Positions 53,052 to 63,557 of a stretch of 64,000 nt of DNA are shown here, one piece after another. Source of the DNA: Cellvibrionaceae bacterium (GTDB taxonomy: Bacteria; Pseudomonadota; Gammaproteobacteria; Pseudomonadales; Cellvibrionaceae). Made by a program: the position numbers and the translations under genes. Every line of letters starts with the position of its first letter. The first letter of the stretch is position 1. The notes beneath the pieces were generated by a model. It ran no database searches and had not been told where the DNA came from. It saw only the letters and a list, made by a program, of their open reading frames with translations. Location: NCBI GenBank assembly GCA_025800435.1, contig JAOXRV010000044.1:2152-66151 (forward strand). Direction: 5' to 3'.

Positions 53052-54344
53052 CTATCGCTTGCTCAGCAGAGCCAAACCCTTGAGGATATTGATGGCTTCG
53101 TACAGTTGGTTGTCGCGCTCAAGCAGCTTGAGCTTTTGCTTTTGCTGGGCCTGTCGGTCTTTGGCCTTGTTCTCGCCGCCATTGCGATTGCCCAGGTGGC
53201 CGGATAGATCCGCCTCGCTCACTCGTGCCCTGGGTTTAACGGCGGTAACTCTAACCCGCTCCACCTCTATATCGGGTTCAATGCCCTGGGCTTGAATAGA
53301 GCGGCCCTTGGGGGTGAAGTAGAGGGCGGTGGTGAGTTTAATGGCCTTGTCTTTATTGATCGGCAGTACGCTTTGTACCGAACCCTTGCCAAAGCTGCGG
53401 GTGCCCAGCACTACGGCGCGGCCGTGATCCTGCCAGGCGCCGGCGACAATCTCCGAGGCCGAGGCCGAGCCGCCGTTGATCAGCACCACCAGTGGCAGGC
53501 CATCGGTGATGTCACCGGGCTTGGCATCGAATTCGCTGTTAGAGCCCTTGAGCCGGCCTTCGGTGTAAACAATTTGGCCGCCATCGAGCAATGCATCGGC
53601 GACGGTGACCGAAGAGCGCAGCACGCCACCGGGGTTATTGCGCAGGTCGATAATCAAACCTTTGAGTGGCTCCGCCTCGGTTTTAAGTTTTTCTACCGCG
53701 GCGATAAAGTCTTTGCCGGTGGGAATTTGAAACTGGGCGATGCGGATTAAACCAAAGTTTTCCCCCACTACCCGCGAGCGTACGCTGGTGACTTTGATGT
53801 GGTCGCGCACCAGGGTAAAGTCGCGGGGCTTGTCATCGCCTGCACGCATAACTTTTAGTTCAATCTTGCTGCCCTTCTCGCCGCGCATGCGCTCAATTGC
53901 CTCGGCTAGGCTCTTGCCTTTAATGCTTTCGCCGTCGATCTGCACAATTAAATCACCGGCTTCAATGCCGGCTTTGGAGGCGGGGGTGTCATCCATGGGG
54001 GCGATCACTTTGACAAAGCCATCTTCCATGCCCACCTCAATGCCCAGGCCGCCGTATTTGCCACTGGTGTTCTCTTTGAGATCGTCAAAGTGGCTGGCAT
54101 CTAAATATGTTGAGTGAGGGTCCAGCTCGCTGAGCATGCCTTTAATTGCGTACTCAAACAGGGTGGCGTCGTCTATCTCTTCGACATAGCCGCTGCGGAT
54201 GTCGTCAAACACTCGGGTGAAGATCCGCAGGTCGTCCAGCGGCAGTGGGCCTTGGGCTTCGGGGGCCGTGTCCTGGGCCGCGAGCAGTGGGCTCAGGCTC
54301 AGCAGTAGCACCGCCGCGCAGCGGCGCATCGGGTTTATGCGCAT
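53052..54344 (-). CDS. ctpA: Carboxy-terminal processing (S41) protease CtpA
   Basis: PDZ domain (GGLGIEV ... AGDLIVQIDG) and S41 catalytic region LINGGSASASEIVAGA ... GKGSVQ. The start is uncertain (ATG at 54344, 54356 or 54329; ORF open to 54416). Confidence 0.88.
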   Translation of the reverse strand: MRINPMRRCAAVLLLSLSPLLAAQDTAPEAQGPLPLDDLRIFTRVFDDIRSGYVEEIDDATLFEYAIKGMLSELDPHSTYLDASHFDDLKENTSGKYGGLGIEVGMEDGFVKVIAPMDDTPASKAGIEAGDLIVQIDGESIKGKSLAEAIERMRGEKGSKIELKVMRAGDDKPRDFTLVRDHIKVTSVRSRVVGENFGLIRIAQFQIPTGKDFIAAVEKLKTEAEPLKGLIIDLRNNPGGVLRSSVTVADALLDGGQIVYTEGRLKGSNSEFDAKPGDITDGLPLVVLINGGSASASEIVAGAWQDHGRAVVLGTRSFGKGSVQSVLPINKDKAIKLTTALYFTPKGRSIQAQGIEPDIEVERVRVTAVKPRARVSEADLSGHLGNRNGGENKAKDRQAQQKQKLKLLERDNQLYEAINILKGLALLSKR

Positions 54345-54469
54345 AGTGGAATCCATGGTCAGTTGGCGGGCATCTCTAAACAGCGTCTTTTGTGCCCTGG
54401 GGCAACCATACCACACTCTACCCTAAGCAGCAGAAATTTGGCACTGATGGGGGTGTCTATGGGCGCAAC

Positions 54470-55618
54470 TTAGGCCCGACACCAGCGGGCGGGGTTGGTT
54501 GGGCTGCCCTTGTGGCGGATCTCGAAGTAGAGCCCGGGCTCGCTGAGGCCGCCGGTGTTGCCAACCCGCCCGATAGTATCGCCGCCATCGACCCAGTCGC
54601 CGGTTTCTTTGAGCAGGGTTTGGTTGTGGGCGTATAGGCTCATATAGCCGTCGCCGTGATCAATAATTAGCAGCATGCCGTGGCCTTTGAGATAGTCGGA
54701 GAAGACCACCCGGCCGTGGTGTATGGCCTTAACCGCCCGGCCGTTGTTGGCGCGGATAAATACCCCCTGCCAGCGCAGCTTGCCCCGCGCCCGGGGGCTG
54801 CCGTAGCGGTGTTTGATGCGCCCGCTGGTGGGCCACTTGAGTTTGCCCTTGCGCTTGTTAAAGGCCACGCCACTTTTCGGCAGTTTGATATTGGCCAGGG
54901 CCTGGGTCACCTCGTCCAGCAGTTTTTTCAGGCGTCGCTGGTCGCCCGCCTTTTCTTGCAAAGAGGCGTCTTTGTCGGCCAGGGTGCGGTTGAGGTCGGC
55001 CAGGGTGCGCTTGCGTTCGGACTGGCGCGACAGCAGTTGCTTGTGCTCTGATTCGAGGTTTAGTTTTTGACGCTCGATGGCGCTGGCCTTGGCGGCAATT
55101 TTCGGTTCGAGCTTGGTCAGGTCGATCAGCACCTGGCGGTACTGGTCCAGTTTTTCCCGGCGGGCGTCAATAACGTAGTTGTAATACTGCATCTGCCGGC
55201 CCAGTTCCGCCGGCTGCTGTTGGTTGAGCAGTAATTTAATGTTGCCCTGGCGGCCAATGCGATAGGCACTGCTCAGGTGTTGGACAATATGGCGTTGCTG
55301 CTGGCGCTTTTTTTGACGGAGTTCTGCCCGCTCGTTATGGAGCCGGCTGAGCTGCTTTTTTTGGCTGGCAAGCTCCTCCTTTAAGCGCTCGATTTTTTTG
55401 CTTAAGTCGCTGATCGAGACTTCCGAGCTCTGCAGCTTTTGCTTGAGCTTGTCGCGGCTGGTTTTGGTCGCGTTGATCTGGCTTTTTAGCTCGGCAATGG
55501 TCTGCTTAAGCTCTTTTAGCTTGGCCTCGTACTCGGCCTGCTCATCGGCCAGGGCCGCTGGCGCCAGCGTTAGGCAGAGGCTTAGCAGTAACCCTTTAAA
55601 AACACGTTTCGCAGTCAT
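54470..55618 (-). CDS. envC: Murein hydrolase activator EnvC (coiled-coil + M23/LytM domain)
   Basis: Signal peptide, long Q/K/E coiled coil, and C-terminal LytM domain (LLIIDHGDGYMSLYAHN ... GLYFEIRHKG). Confidence 0.88.
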   Translation of the reverse strand: MTAKRVFKGLLLSLCLTLAPAALADEQAEYEAKLKELKQTIAELKSQINATKTSRDKLKQKLQSSEVSISDLSKKIERLKEELASQKKQLSRLHNERAELRQKKRQQQRHIVQHLSSAYRIGRQGNIKLLLNQQQPAELGRQMQYYNYVIDARREKLDQYRQVLIDLTKLEPKIAAKASAIERQKLNLESEHKQLLSRQSERKRTLADLNRTLADKDASLQEKAGDQRRLKKLLDEVTQALANIKLPKSGVAFNKRKGKLKWPTSGRIKHRYGSPRARGKLRWQGVFIRANNGRAVKAIHHGRVVFSDYLKGHGMLLIIDHGDGYMSLYAHNQTLLKETGDWVDGGDTIGRVGNTGGLSEPGLYFEIRHKGSPTNPARWCRA

Positions 55619-55636
55619 AGGTTTGTCTCTGTCCGA

Positions 55637-57178
55637 TTACTTCAGCAGGCTTTGACCATCCATCTCGGCGGCTTGTTCAATACCCATTAAGGCTAGCATG
55701 GTGGGGGCCACATCCGCCAGGCTGCCGCCCTCGGCCAATTGCAGTTGGCGCTCGCCTACATAGACAAGCGGCACTGGGCCGGTGGTGTGCTGGGTGTGTT
55801 TCTGGCCGCTGACCTCGTCGAACATGGTTTCCACATTGCCGTGATCGGCGGTAATCAGGGTTTCGCCCCCGGCCCGCTCGACGGCGGCCAGTACCTCGGC
55901 CAGGCTCTGGTCGACCGCCTGCACCGCCTCGATGGCGGCCTCGTAGTTGCCGGTGTGGCCCACCTGGTCGCAGTTGGCGTAGTTACAGATAATACAGTCG
56001 TAATCGTCCGAGTCGATGGCGGCCACCAGTTTGGCGGTTACCTCGGGCGCGCTCATCTGTGGTTGCAGGTCGTAGGTTTCAACATCGGGGGAGGGGATCA
56101 GCTCACGGCTCTCGCCCTCGAACAGCGCCTCTTGGCCGCCGCTAAAAAAGAAGGTCACATGGGCGTATTTTTCGGTTTCGGCAATACGCAGTTGGCGCTT
56201 GTTGTTTTTAGCCAGCAGCTCGCCCAGGGAGTTAAGCAGATTCTGGGGTGGGAAGGCGCAGCTGGCCTTGATATCGGCGGCGTATTCGGTGGTCATCACA
56301 AAATCGGCCAGGGCCGGGCGGCGGCTGCGCGCAAAGCCGTCGAAGTCATCTTCCACAAAGGCGCGGCTGATTTGGCGAGCCCGGTCGGGGCGGAAGTTCA
56401 TAAATAGCAGGCAGTCGCCATCTTCAACCGCCACCGGCGCTTCGCCGTCGCTGGCGATAACGCTGGCTTTGACAAATTCATCGTCTTCGCCGCGCTCATA
56501 GGCGGCGGCCAGGGCGGCCAGTGGGTCGGCGTAGCGGTATTCGGCCTTGGCTTGGGTCATTAAATCATAGGCTTGTTGAACCCGCTCCCAGCGCTGGTCG
56601 CGGTCCATGCCGAAGAAGCGCCCGCTGACCGAAGCGATACGACCCAGGCCCTGATCGCGCAGCAGTTTATCGGTGCTGGCCAAGGAGGGCTCGGCGCTGC
56701 GCGGTGGCACATCGCGGCCATCCAGCAGGGCGTGCACATACACCTGTTTGGCGCCTCGGCGCTCGGCCAATTCAATCGCGGCGTTGATATGGGCCTCGTG
56801 GCTATGTACACCGCCGGGGGAGAGCAGGCCCATAATATGCACCGCCTTGCCGGCGTTTACGGCCTTGTCGATGGCCGCGCAGTAAACCGGGTTGTTGTAG
56901 AAGTCGCCATCGGCGATGGCTTTGTTGATACGGGTATAGTTTTGGTACACCACCCGGCCAGCGCCGAGGGTCATATGCCCCACTTCGGAGTTGCCCATCT
57001 GGCCCTCGGGCAGGCCCACCGCCATGCCGGAAGTGCCGATTAGAGTACTTGGGCAGTGCTGCCAGAGACGATCCCAAACAGGGGTCTGGGCTTGGTTAAT
57101 GGCGTTGTATTTGGACTCATCGCTGTGGCCAAAACCGTCGAGAATTAATAACAACAGGGGGCGCTTTGGCGCGGACAT
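55637..57178 (-). CDS. gpmI: 2,3-bisphosphoglycerate-independent phosphoglycerate mutase
   Basis: 513 aa with [17 protein letters not shown] (catalytic Ser) and ADHGN. Confidence 0.97.
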   Translation of the reverse strand: MSAPKRPLLLLILDGFGHSDESKYNAINQAQTPVWDRLWQHCPSTLIGTSGMAVGLPEGQMGNSEVGHMTLGAGRVVYQNYTRINKAIADGDFYNNPVYCAAIDKAVNAGKAVHIMGLLSPGGVHSHEAHINAAIELAERRGAKQVYVHALLDGRDVPPRSAEPSLASTDKLLRDQGLGRIASVSGRFFGMDRDQRWERVQQAYDLMTQAKAEYRYADPLAALAAAYERGEDDEFVKASVIASDGEAPVAVEDGDCLLFMNFRPDRARQISRAFVEDDFDGFARSRRPALADFVMTTEYAADIKASCAFPPQNLLNSLGELLAKNNKRQLRIAETEKYAHVTFFFSGGQEALFEGESRELIPSPDVETYDLQPQMSAPEVTAKLVAAIDSDDYDCIICNYANCDQVGHTGNYEAAIEAVQAVDQSLAEVLAAVERAGGETLITADHGNVETMFDEVSGQKHTQHTTGPVPLVYVGERQLQLAEGGSLADVAPTMLALMGIEQAAEMDGQSLLK

Positions 57179-57332
57179 AGTACTTACCTTAATACCAGGG
57201 GGCGAAAAACCGCGAATTTTACCCTTTTCGGGGCTTTAAGACCATGAAATCGGCGGCAGAGTGTGTATACTGCGGCGTTTTGATTGGCCGACCCAGGCCA
57301 CACAGCCCCAAGCTCGGAGGAAAGGTAGCAAG

Positions 57333-57743
57333 GTGGATATATTGGTATTTGTCAGCGAGCAGTGGCTGCTGGTCAGTGTGTTGTTCGGCTTGTTGTTTAT
57401 CTATGTATGGCGCGAGCGCCAAAAGGGCGGTGCCAATATCAGCTGCCACGAGATGACGCGTCTGGTTAACGATGGCAATGCGGTACTGTTGGATATCCGC
57501 GAGGCCAAAGACTACAAGGCCGGCCATATTGTCGATGCCATCAATATTCCCGCTGCCTCCATCGAAAAGCGCATGGTCGAGCTGGATAAATACAAGGGCA
57601 AAAAGGTTGTCATCATCTGTAAAATGGGCCAGACCGCCAGTGCGGTGGGCAAGCAGCTGGGCGCCCAGGGCTTTGATATCTGCCGCTTAGGCGGCGGTAT
57701 GATGGAGTGGCAGAGCCAGAACCTGCCCGTGGTTAAGAAGTAG
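57333..57743 (+). CDS. Membrane-anchored rhodanese-domain protein
   Basis: GTG 57333 (GGAGG upstream). N-terminal TM helix, then a rhodanese domain with the active-site loop IICKMGQTA. Synteny with grxC-secB. Confidence 0.8.
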   Translation: MDILVFVSEQWLLVSVLFGLLFIYVWRERQKGGANISCHEMTRLVNDGNAVLLDIREAKDYKAGHIVDAINIPAASIEKRMVELDKYKGKKVVIICKMGQTASAVGKQLGAQGFDICRLGGGMMEWQSQNLPVVKK

Positions 57744-57762
57744 GGCGGGCGGAGCGATCGAG

Positions 57763-58020
57763 GTGTCAACAGTAACGATTTACTCCAGCGATTTTTGCCC
57801 CTTTTGCCATCGGGCCAAGGCCCTGCTGGCCAGTAAAGGGGTAACGTTTAAAGAACTCAATGTCGACGGCGACCCAAAACTGCGGCAAGAGGCCATGCGC
57901 AAAAGTGGCCAGCGCACGGTGCCGCAGATATGGATTAACAGCCAACATGTGGGTGGCTGCGATGATTTATACGCCCTGGAGCGAGCTGGGCGCCTAGAGC
58001 CACTGTTGGCTGGCGCCTAA
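57763..58020 (+). CDS. grxC: Glutaredoxin 3
   Basis: 85 aa with active site CPFC and the TVPQIWI motif. Confidence 0.95.
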   Translation: MSTVTIYSSDFCPFCHRAKALLASKGVTFKELNVDGDPKLRQEAMRKSGQRTVPQIWINSQHVGGCDDLYALERAGRLEPLLAGA

Positions 58021-58180
58021 AACTCCAAAACCAGACCCTTGAAATTAACAATTTAAGCCCAAACTGTTCAATACTGCGAAATAAACTAGGCTAACAATAG
58101 AGATTGGCAAATTTCCTCAGGGTGAGTAATTTTTTTAGTAATCGGGTGTTCGCACCTAACAGTAAATCAAAGGCAAAACT

Positions 58181-58666
58181 ATGGCTGAAGAGAGCAAGCA
58201 AGAAGCTGCTGAAGCGGGACAACAGTTCGCGGTTCAGCGTATCTATATCAAGGATCTGTCGTTTGAAGCCCCGATGGGCTCACAGGCGTTTACCAAGCAG
58301 TGGCAGCCAGCTGTCAACCAAGAGCTGGGCAATAAGGTAAACAAGCTGGACGATAACAACTACGAGGTGGTTCTGACCATCACCGTTACCGTTAAGCTGG
58401 GCGAAGAAACTGCCTTTTTGGCCGAAGTACACCAGGCCGGCATCTTCACCATCTCCGGCTTGGAAGAGCAGCAGCTGGCCCACGTGATGAACACCATGTG
58501 CCCCAACATTCTGTTCCCCTACGCCCGTGAGGCGATTGACAGTGTGATCACCAAAGGCACCTTCCCCGCCTTGATGCTGCCACCTGTTAACTTCGATGCC
58601 CTGTTCGCCCAAGCGATGCAGAAAGCCCAGACCGAAGATCAGGCTGAAGCCGAGGCTTCGCACTAA
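58181..58666 (+). CDS. secB: Protein-export chaperone SecB
   Basis: [16 protein letters not shown] ... [13 protein letters not shown], and an acidic C-terminus. Confidence 0.96.
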   Translation: MAEESKQEAAEAGQQFAVQRIYIKDLSFEAPMGSQAFTKQWQPAVNQELGNKVNKLDDNNYEVVLTITVTVKLGEETAFLAEVHQAGIFTISGLEEQQLAHVMNTMCPNILFPYAREAIDSVITKGTFPALMLPPVNFDALFAQAMQKAQTEDQAEAEASH

Positions 58667-58673
58667 GTTTTAC

Positions 58674-58699
58674 GGCGGCCATTCGGCCGCCCGCTTTTC
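58674..58699 (+). terminator. Rho-independent terminator of secB
   Basis: GGCGGCC-ATTC-GGCCGCC followed by CGCTTTTCC, starting 8 nt after the stop codon. Confidence 0.75.
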
Positions 58700-58811
58700 C
58701 CTTGTGCAAGTTGGTTAATCAAGTTGTTGCCCCTCCCCTTTACACCTTGACGTCAGGCTGTGGGCTGCAGTACTGTGCCTCGCAATTGCCTTGAGCACAT
58801 AAGGACGCCTA

Positions 58812-59963
58812 GTGGCCAATAAACATTCCATGCCCGCTCTCACGGGGCTACGTGGCCTAGCGGCAATTTGGGTTTTGCTGTTTCATGTTTGGGACGCGGC
58901 GGGACCAAGAGAGTGGCTTGTTACCCTGTTTGGCTACAGTCATAACATGCAGTATGTGGTGACCTGCGGCTGGGCGGGTGTGCAGATGCTGTTTGTGTTA
59001 TCGGCTTTTCTGTTGGCCAGCCAATTTGTTCGGGCCAATGAGTCAGAGCGGCCGCAGCCGGCCTGGCGCGGCTATTATCTGCGCCGTTTATTGCGTGTCT
59101 TCCCCGCTTATTATCTGCAATTGGGTCTGTTGTTGCTGATTGCCTTTGTTATCCAGGGGCAGCAGATTATGCGCCTAGAGGAACTGCCCTATTATCTCAC
59201 TATGTGGTTTGCCCCGCCGCCGGTTGGGCTGGGCACACCGCCGGAGATCAATAAAGTGTGGTGGACGCTACCGATCGAGCTGGCCTTTTATTTGCTCTTG
59301 CCTTTTTTTAGTGGTTTGCTGCGCTGGCGCTATCGGTATGTTGTATTCGCCCTGTCGTTATTGATTATGATCAGCTGGCGTTGGTCTTCCCTTAGCTTTT
59401 TCCCCAATGGCAACTCGCCAAGTGTGTTGATGCAGTTGCCCGGCTCGTTTGACTCGTTTGGCTTGGGCATGGTTGCCGCGTTGCTGCATCACCACTTTTA
59501 TGTTGAAGCCCCCAGTCAAGCATCCCGGCAAGCTTACTTAAGTCGTCTAAAAAAACTGGCTCTGGCAGCACTGTTGGTGCTGTGGGGGCTGTTGATATGG
59601 ATCACCTACGGCGTTGAGAATTACTGGAAGGTGAGCTTTATGTTCTTTAGCTGGTCGCCAATATACAACTCAGTGGCTGCCGTTTGGGTGTTGCTGGCCG
59701 CTGCCGACAGCAGCCGACTGCTATTGCCGCTTAAATCTCGGCCGGTGTTTTACCTGGGTATGATTAGCTACGGGATCTATATCTGGCATTACCCCATTAT
59801 CAGCTGGGTAAGCCAGATACCGTTGGTGGCCAACTACGACGGGTATAAGTTTGTGCCGTTGCTGCTGCTGACCCTGTTGTTCACCTTTATTGCCGCGAGT
59901 GCTTCCTGGCATTTGTTGGAGCGCCGGGCGGTGGATTTTGGGTCTCGTTTAAAAACAACGTAA
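58812..59963 (+). CDS. Acyltransferase family 3 (OafA/YrhL-like) integral membrane protein
   Basis: GTG start with AAGGA Shine-Dalgarno. N-terminal signature ALTGLRGLAAIWVLLFH and about 10 TM helices. Confidence 0.85.
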   Translation: MANKHSMPALTGLRGLAAIWVLLFHVWDAAGPREWLVTLFGYSHNMQYVVTCGWAGVQMLFVLSAFLLASQFVRANESERPQPAWRGYYLRRLLRVFPAYYLQLGLLLLIAFVIQGQQIMRLEELPYYLTMWFAPPPVGLGTPPEINKVWWTLPIELAFYLLLPFFSGLLRWRYRYVVFALSLLIMISWRWSSLSFFPNGNSPSVLMQLPGSFDSFGLGMVAALLHHHFYVEAPSQASRQAYLSRLKKLALAALLVLWGLLIWITYGVENYWKVSFMFFSWSPIYNSVAAVWVLLAAADSSRLLLPLKSRPVFYLGMISYGIYIWHYPIISWVSQIPLVANYDGYKFVPLLLLTLLFTFIAASASWHLLERRAVDFGSRLKTT

Positions 59964-60079
59964 ACTCTTGAAAGGCAAGTTAGCTGACTAAAAGGGCAGC
60001 CCAAAAGCCATGAAAATAATACCACTGGGATTTAGCTTTATTGTCAAACAGGGGCTATGCTTTGAATCTAGCGTTAACT

Positions 60080-60709
60080 ATGGGGCCTAAAGTGGTTAAA
60101 CAGGATTTAGTTATTGAAGCGGCCAGGCCCACTGATGCGGCCGCAATCGCGCCCCTGATTTATAGCTCTGGTCATCAGGCCTTCGATTATGTATTTGGCC
60201 AGCGGCGCGGTGGCAACCGTGCCCAGGCTTATTTACAGCACGCCTTTGTCCGCAACAGCGGCCAATTCTCCCACCGCAATCACCTCACCATACGCTATCA
60301 GGGCCGGGTGGTGGCCTCCATGTTTAACTATGATAATCGCGGCTTGGGGCGTATGCACTGGGCCACGGTGATGTCGGTGTTGAGCTATTTTCATTGGCAT
60401 ATACTGGGGGTGGCCAAGCGCTCAGGTATTATCGACCAAGTGATCAAGCCGGCGGCCGAAGACATGCTGGTGGTGGCGCACCTGGCGGTGGCGCCGGAAG
60501 CCCAGGGTTTGGGTTTGGGCTCACGCCTAATTAGCCACGCCGAAAACATCGCGCGCGAGCACGGTTACGCCGGCTTGGCCTTAGATGTGGCGATGGACAA
60601 CCCCTCTGCCCAGCGCCTGTACGAACGCCTCGGTTTTTGTGTGCGCGCCGAGCACCCATCACCTATTGGCGAGGTGCCCGGCCACCGCTATATGGAATGG
60701 CGTTTTTAG
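60080..60709 (+). CDS. GNAT family N-acetyltransferase
   Basis: Motif A HLAVAPEAQGLGLGSRLISHAE and YERLGF. The start is uncertain (ATG 60080; ORF open from TTG 60041). Confidence 0.82.
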   Translation: MGPKVVKQDLVIEAARPTDAAAIAPLIYSSGHQAFDYVFGQRRGGNRAQAYLQHAFVRNSGQFSHRNHLTIRYQGRVVASMFNYDNRGLGRMHWATVMSVLSYFHWHILGVAKRSGIIDQVIKPAAEDMLVVAHLAVAPEAQGLGLGSRLISHAENIAREHGYAGLALDVAMDNPSAQRLYERLGFCVRAEHPSPIGEVPGHRYMEWRF

Positions 60710-62115
60710 TCGGTCTCTTCCAGCTGCAGTTCTTTCAATTTTCGAGTTAGGGTATTGCGCCCCCAGCCCAATAGCGCGGCGGCGTCACGCTTGCGCCCGG
60801 CGGTGTGTTTAAGGGCGGTTTCGATCATCGCCTGCTCAAACTTCGGCAGGGCAATATTTAAAATTTCTTTTTGCCCCTGGGCCAAGGCGTTATCGGCCCA
60901 CTGGCGCAGGCCTTTTTCCCAGTCGCCGGCGGCGCTGGTCTCTCCGCTTTCGCTCTGCTGCAGCAGCTCTGGCGGTAAATCCTCAATATGAATTTCCCGG
61001 CTTGAGGCCATTACGGTTAGCCAGCGGCAGGTGTTTTCCAGCTGGCGCACATTACCCGGCCAGTTAAGGGTGCACATATAGCGCTGGGTTTGGGGGAGCA
61101 GCACTTTGGGCTCTACATTTAATTCCAGGGATGCCTTGCGAATAAAGTGCTCGGCCAATTTGGGAATATCCTCTTGGCGCTCGGCTAAGGTGGGAATATG
61201 AATGCGGATAACATTCAGGCGGTGGAATAAATCCTCTCGAAAGCCCCCCTCGGCCACTAACTTTTCAAGATCTTGGTGGGTGGCGGCAATAATGCGCACA
61301 TCGACCTTAACCGGAGTATGGCCGCCGACGCGGTAGAATTCGCCATCGGCCAGAACCCGCAGCAGACGAGTTTGGGTATCCGCCGGCATATCGCCAATTT
61401 CATCCAAAAATAGGGTGCCGCTATTGGCCTGCTCAAAGCGCCCCTGGCGCTGATTGGCGGCGCCGGTAAAGGCGCCTTTCTCATGGCCGAACAGCTCTGA
61501 TTCCATCAGGTCTTTGGGGATGGCAGCCATATTGAGGGCGATAAAGGGCTGGCTGCGGCGCGGGCTGTGGCGGTGCAGTGCCTGGGCCACTAGCTCTTTA
61601 CCGGTGCCCGACTGGCCGTTAATTAGCACCGTGATATTGGACTGGGACAAGCGCCCAATGGCCCGAAACACCTCCTGCATGGCCGGTGCTTCACCAATAA
61701 TTTCCGCATCGCTGGCCTCGCTCTGGCTGGCCTCGCGCACCTGTTCGGCGGCTTGGGTCAGGGCGCGCTGGGTCATCGCCACTGCCTCGTCGATATCGAA
61801 GGGCTTGGGCAGGTATTCAAACGCGCCGCTTTGATAGGCGGACACGGCGCTTTCCAGATCCGAATGGGCGGTCATGATAATGACCGGAAGGTCTGGGTGG
61901 CGTCGCTGTAATTGTTGCAGCAGATCGAGGCCATCGATACCGGGCATGCGGATGTCGCTGATAACCACTGTGGGTTGGGTTTGTTCGAGCTGGTTTAGGG
62001 CCTCGTCGCCATTGGCAAAGCTCTGGGTTTTAATTTTGGCCTGTTGTAGGGCCTTTTCCAGCACCCAGCGGATACTGCGGTCGTCGTCGATAATCCAAAC
62101 GATGGCGTCGCTCAT
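60706..62115 (-). CDS. ntrC: Nitrogen regulation protein NR(I), sigma54-dependent response regulator NtrC
   Basis: Receiver (VWIIDDD ... VISDIRMPGIDG), AAA+ domain (GQSGTGKE, GAFTGA, ESELFGHEKGAFTGA) and a C-terminal Fis-type helix-turn-helix. Confidence 0.96.
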   Translation of the reverse strand: MSDAIVWIIDDDRSIRWVLEKALQQAKIKTQSFANGDEALNQLEQTQPTVVISDIRMPGIDGLDLLQQLQRRHPDLPVIIMTAHSDLESAVSAYQSGAFEYLPKPFDIDEAVAMTQRALTQAAEQVREASQSEASDAEIIGEAPAMQEVFRAIGRLSQSNITVLINGQSGTGKELVAQALHRHSPRRSQPFIALNMAAIPKDLMESELFGHEKGAFTGAANQRQGRFEQANSGTLFLDEIGDMPADTQTRLLRVLADGEFYRVGGHTPVKVDVRIIAATHQDLEKLVAEGGFREDLFHRLNVIRIHIPTLAERQEDIPKLAEHFIRKASLELNVEPKVLLPQTQRYMCTLNWPGNVRQLENTCRWLTVMASSREIHIEDLPPELLQQSESGETSAAGDWEKGLRQWADNALAQGQKEILNIALPKFEQAMIETALKHTAGRKRDAAALLGWGRNTLTRKLKELQLEETD

Positions 62116-63176
62116 AGGGTTTGCTCCAGATCCTGATGCAAGGGCAAATAAATTGAAAACTGGGTGCGGCCTGGCTCGCTCTCACACTCAATTAGGCCGC
62201 CGTGCTGGCTGATCAACTGCTGCGAAATGGCCAGGCCCAAGCCGGTGCCAGTGGCGCGGCCGGTGATCATGGGATAAAAAATATGATTGAGAAGAGCGTT
62301 GGGTATGCCCGGGCCATTGTCGATAATATCGATGCGCACCACCAGCCGATGAAAACGCTTGCCGATAGTAAACTGACGGTGAATACGGCTGCGCAGGGTG
62401 ATACAGGGCGATTTAACCGCGCTTTCTTGCAGCGCTTGTATCGCATTGCTAAGTACATTGAGCAAGGCTTGGATCAGTTGCTCCGGGTCTGCTGGCAGAT
62501 CGGGAATACTGGGGTCGTAATCTTTTACCAGGGTAATACGTTCGCCCACTTCGGCCTGAATAACCGCTAATACTCGCTCCAGCACTTCATGAATATTGAC
62601 CTCGGCGAGCTGCGGCGGCTGGTTGGGGCCAAGCATACGGTCGACCAGATTGCGCAGCCGATCGGCCTCATCGATGATCACCTGGGTATAGTCGCGCAGC
62701 TCTTCTGAGTCCAGCTCTTTGGCCAGTAGCTGGGCGGCGCCGCGAATACCGCCGAGTGGGTTTTTAATCTCATGGGCCATATTGCGCGCCAGGCTGCGGC
62801 TGGTTTCCTGGGCGGTGAGCATAGACTCTTCACGGGAGATGCGCAGCAGTCGATCCAAGGGTTGGATTTCAATCGCCAGGCCCTGATCGTCGGCCAGTGG
62901 GGTTACGCTGTAATCGATGGTCACTTGGCTGCCGTTGGGCAGGCGCCACAGAACCCTGCGCTTGGTGTATTGGTGTTGCTCTTCCAAGGCTTGGTGCAGG
63001 GCGCCAATGGCCTCGGGGTTTTCGTCGAAAAACGATAAAAACGAACTGTTGGCCACCTGCGCCCGGCTGACCGCCAGCAGATCTTCTGCGGCCGGGTTCA
63101 TATGTCGCAGGCGCAGGCGCTCGTCGACGATTATGACCGCCGTGCTGAGGCTATCGAGTAGCTGCTGATAATTCAT
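62112..63176 (-). CDS. ntrB: Nitrogen regulation sensor kinase NtrB (NR-II)
   Basis: 354 aa from ATG 63176 (MNYQQLLDSLSTAVIIVD). PAS domain, H-box LARNMAHEIKNPLGGIRGAAQLL and HATPase_c. Its stop codon overlaps the ntrC start. Confidence 0.94.
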   Translation of the reverse strand: MNYQQLLDSLSTAVIIVDERLRLRHMNPAAEDLLAVSRAQVANSSFLSFFDENPEAIGALHQALEEQHQYTKRRVLWRLPNGSQVTIDYSVTPLADDQGLAIEIQPLDRLLRISREESMLTAQETSRSLARNMAHEIKNPLGGIRGAAQLLAKELDSEELRDYTQVIIDEADRLRNLVDRMLGPNQPPQLAEVNIHEVLERVLAVIQAEVGERITLVKDYDPSIPDLPADPEQLIQALLNVLSNAIQALQESAVKSPCITLRSRIHRQFTIGKRFHRLVVRIDIIDNGPGIPNALLNHIFYPMITGRATGTGLGLAISQQLISQHGGLIECESEPGRTQFSIYLPLHQDLEQTL

Positions 63177-63260
63177 ACTAAGCCCTGAGCTTGCCGTGTT
63201 GCCGCAGCGGTGATCACTGCTGGTGCATGTGCACTTAACAGTGCTGTCGCAGGGAGGAGT

Positions 63261-63276
63261 TGCAAAAACCAAACCA
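63261..63276 (-). promoter_or_regulatory. Sigma54-type (-24/-12) promoter candidate for ntrBC
   Basis: The minus strand reads TGGTTT-GGTTT-TTGCA, versus the consensus TGGCAC-N5-TTGCA. The GG and GC elements have exact spacing. It lies about 85-100 nt upstream of the ntrB ATG. Confidence 0.4.
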
Positions 63277-63402
63277 ATTGCTAAAAATTTAGAGTGTTTT
63301 TATTAACTCATTGTTTTATAAGGTTGTTTTTGAGCTGTCGAGACAGGCCCAAGTCAGCGCGGGACAGTTCCCAGGGCCAGTGTAGTCGATTGCAGGGAGG
63401 TG

Positions 63403-63419
63403 CGCACTATAATGGTGCA
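63403..63419. promoter_or_regulatory. NtrC (NR-I) binding-site candidate
   Basis: CGCACTATAATGGTGCA fits the dyad TGCACC-N5-GGTGCA and, from memory, is close to an E. coli glnA NtrC site. It is centred about 143 bp upstream of the sigma54-like promoter. Confidence 0.55.
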
Positions 63420-63527
63420 TATTGATTGGCTGGCTGGGTTTTATGGCGGGTATCAGCACAACTGACCGGGGGAGGGATTGCCTTTTTAGTCAAAAGGGGG
63501 CGGCCTGAAGATGCAAAGCTCGCCCTG

Positions 63528-63557
63528 GCCGAGCAGTAGCGGCAGCTACTGCTCGGC
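63528..63557 (-). terminator. Strong hairpin just downstream of the PEP-CTERM-like gene (terminator-like, no clear U-tract on the minus strand)
   Basis: Perfect 13-bp stem GCCGAGCAGTAGC-GGCA-GCTACTGCTCGGC, 7 nt after the stop codon. Confidence 0.45.
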
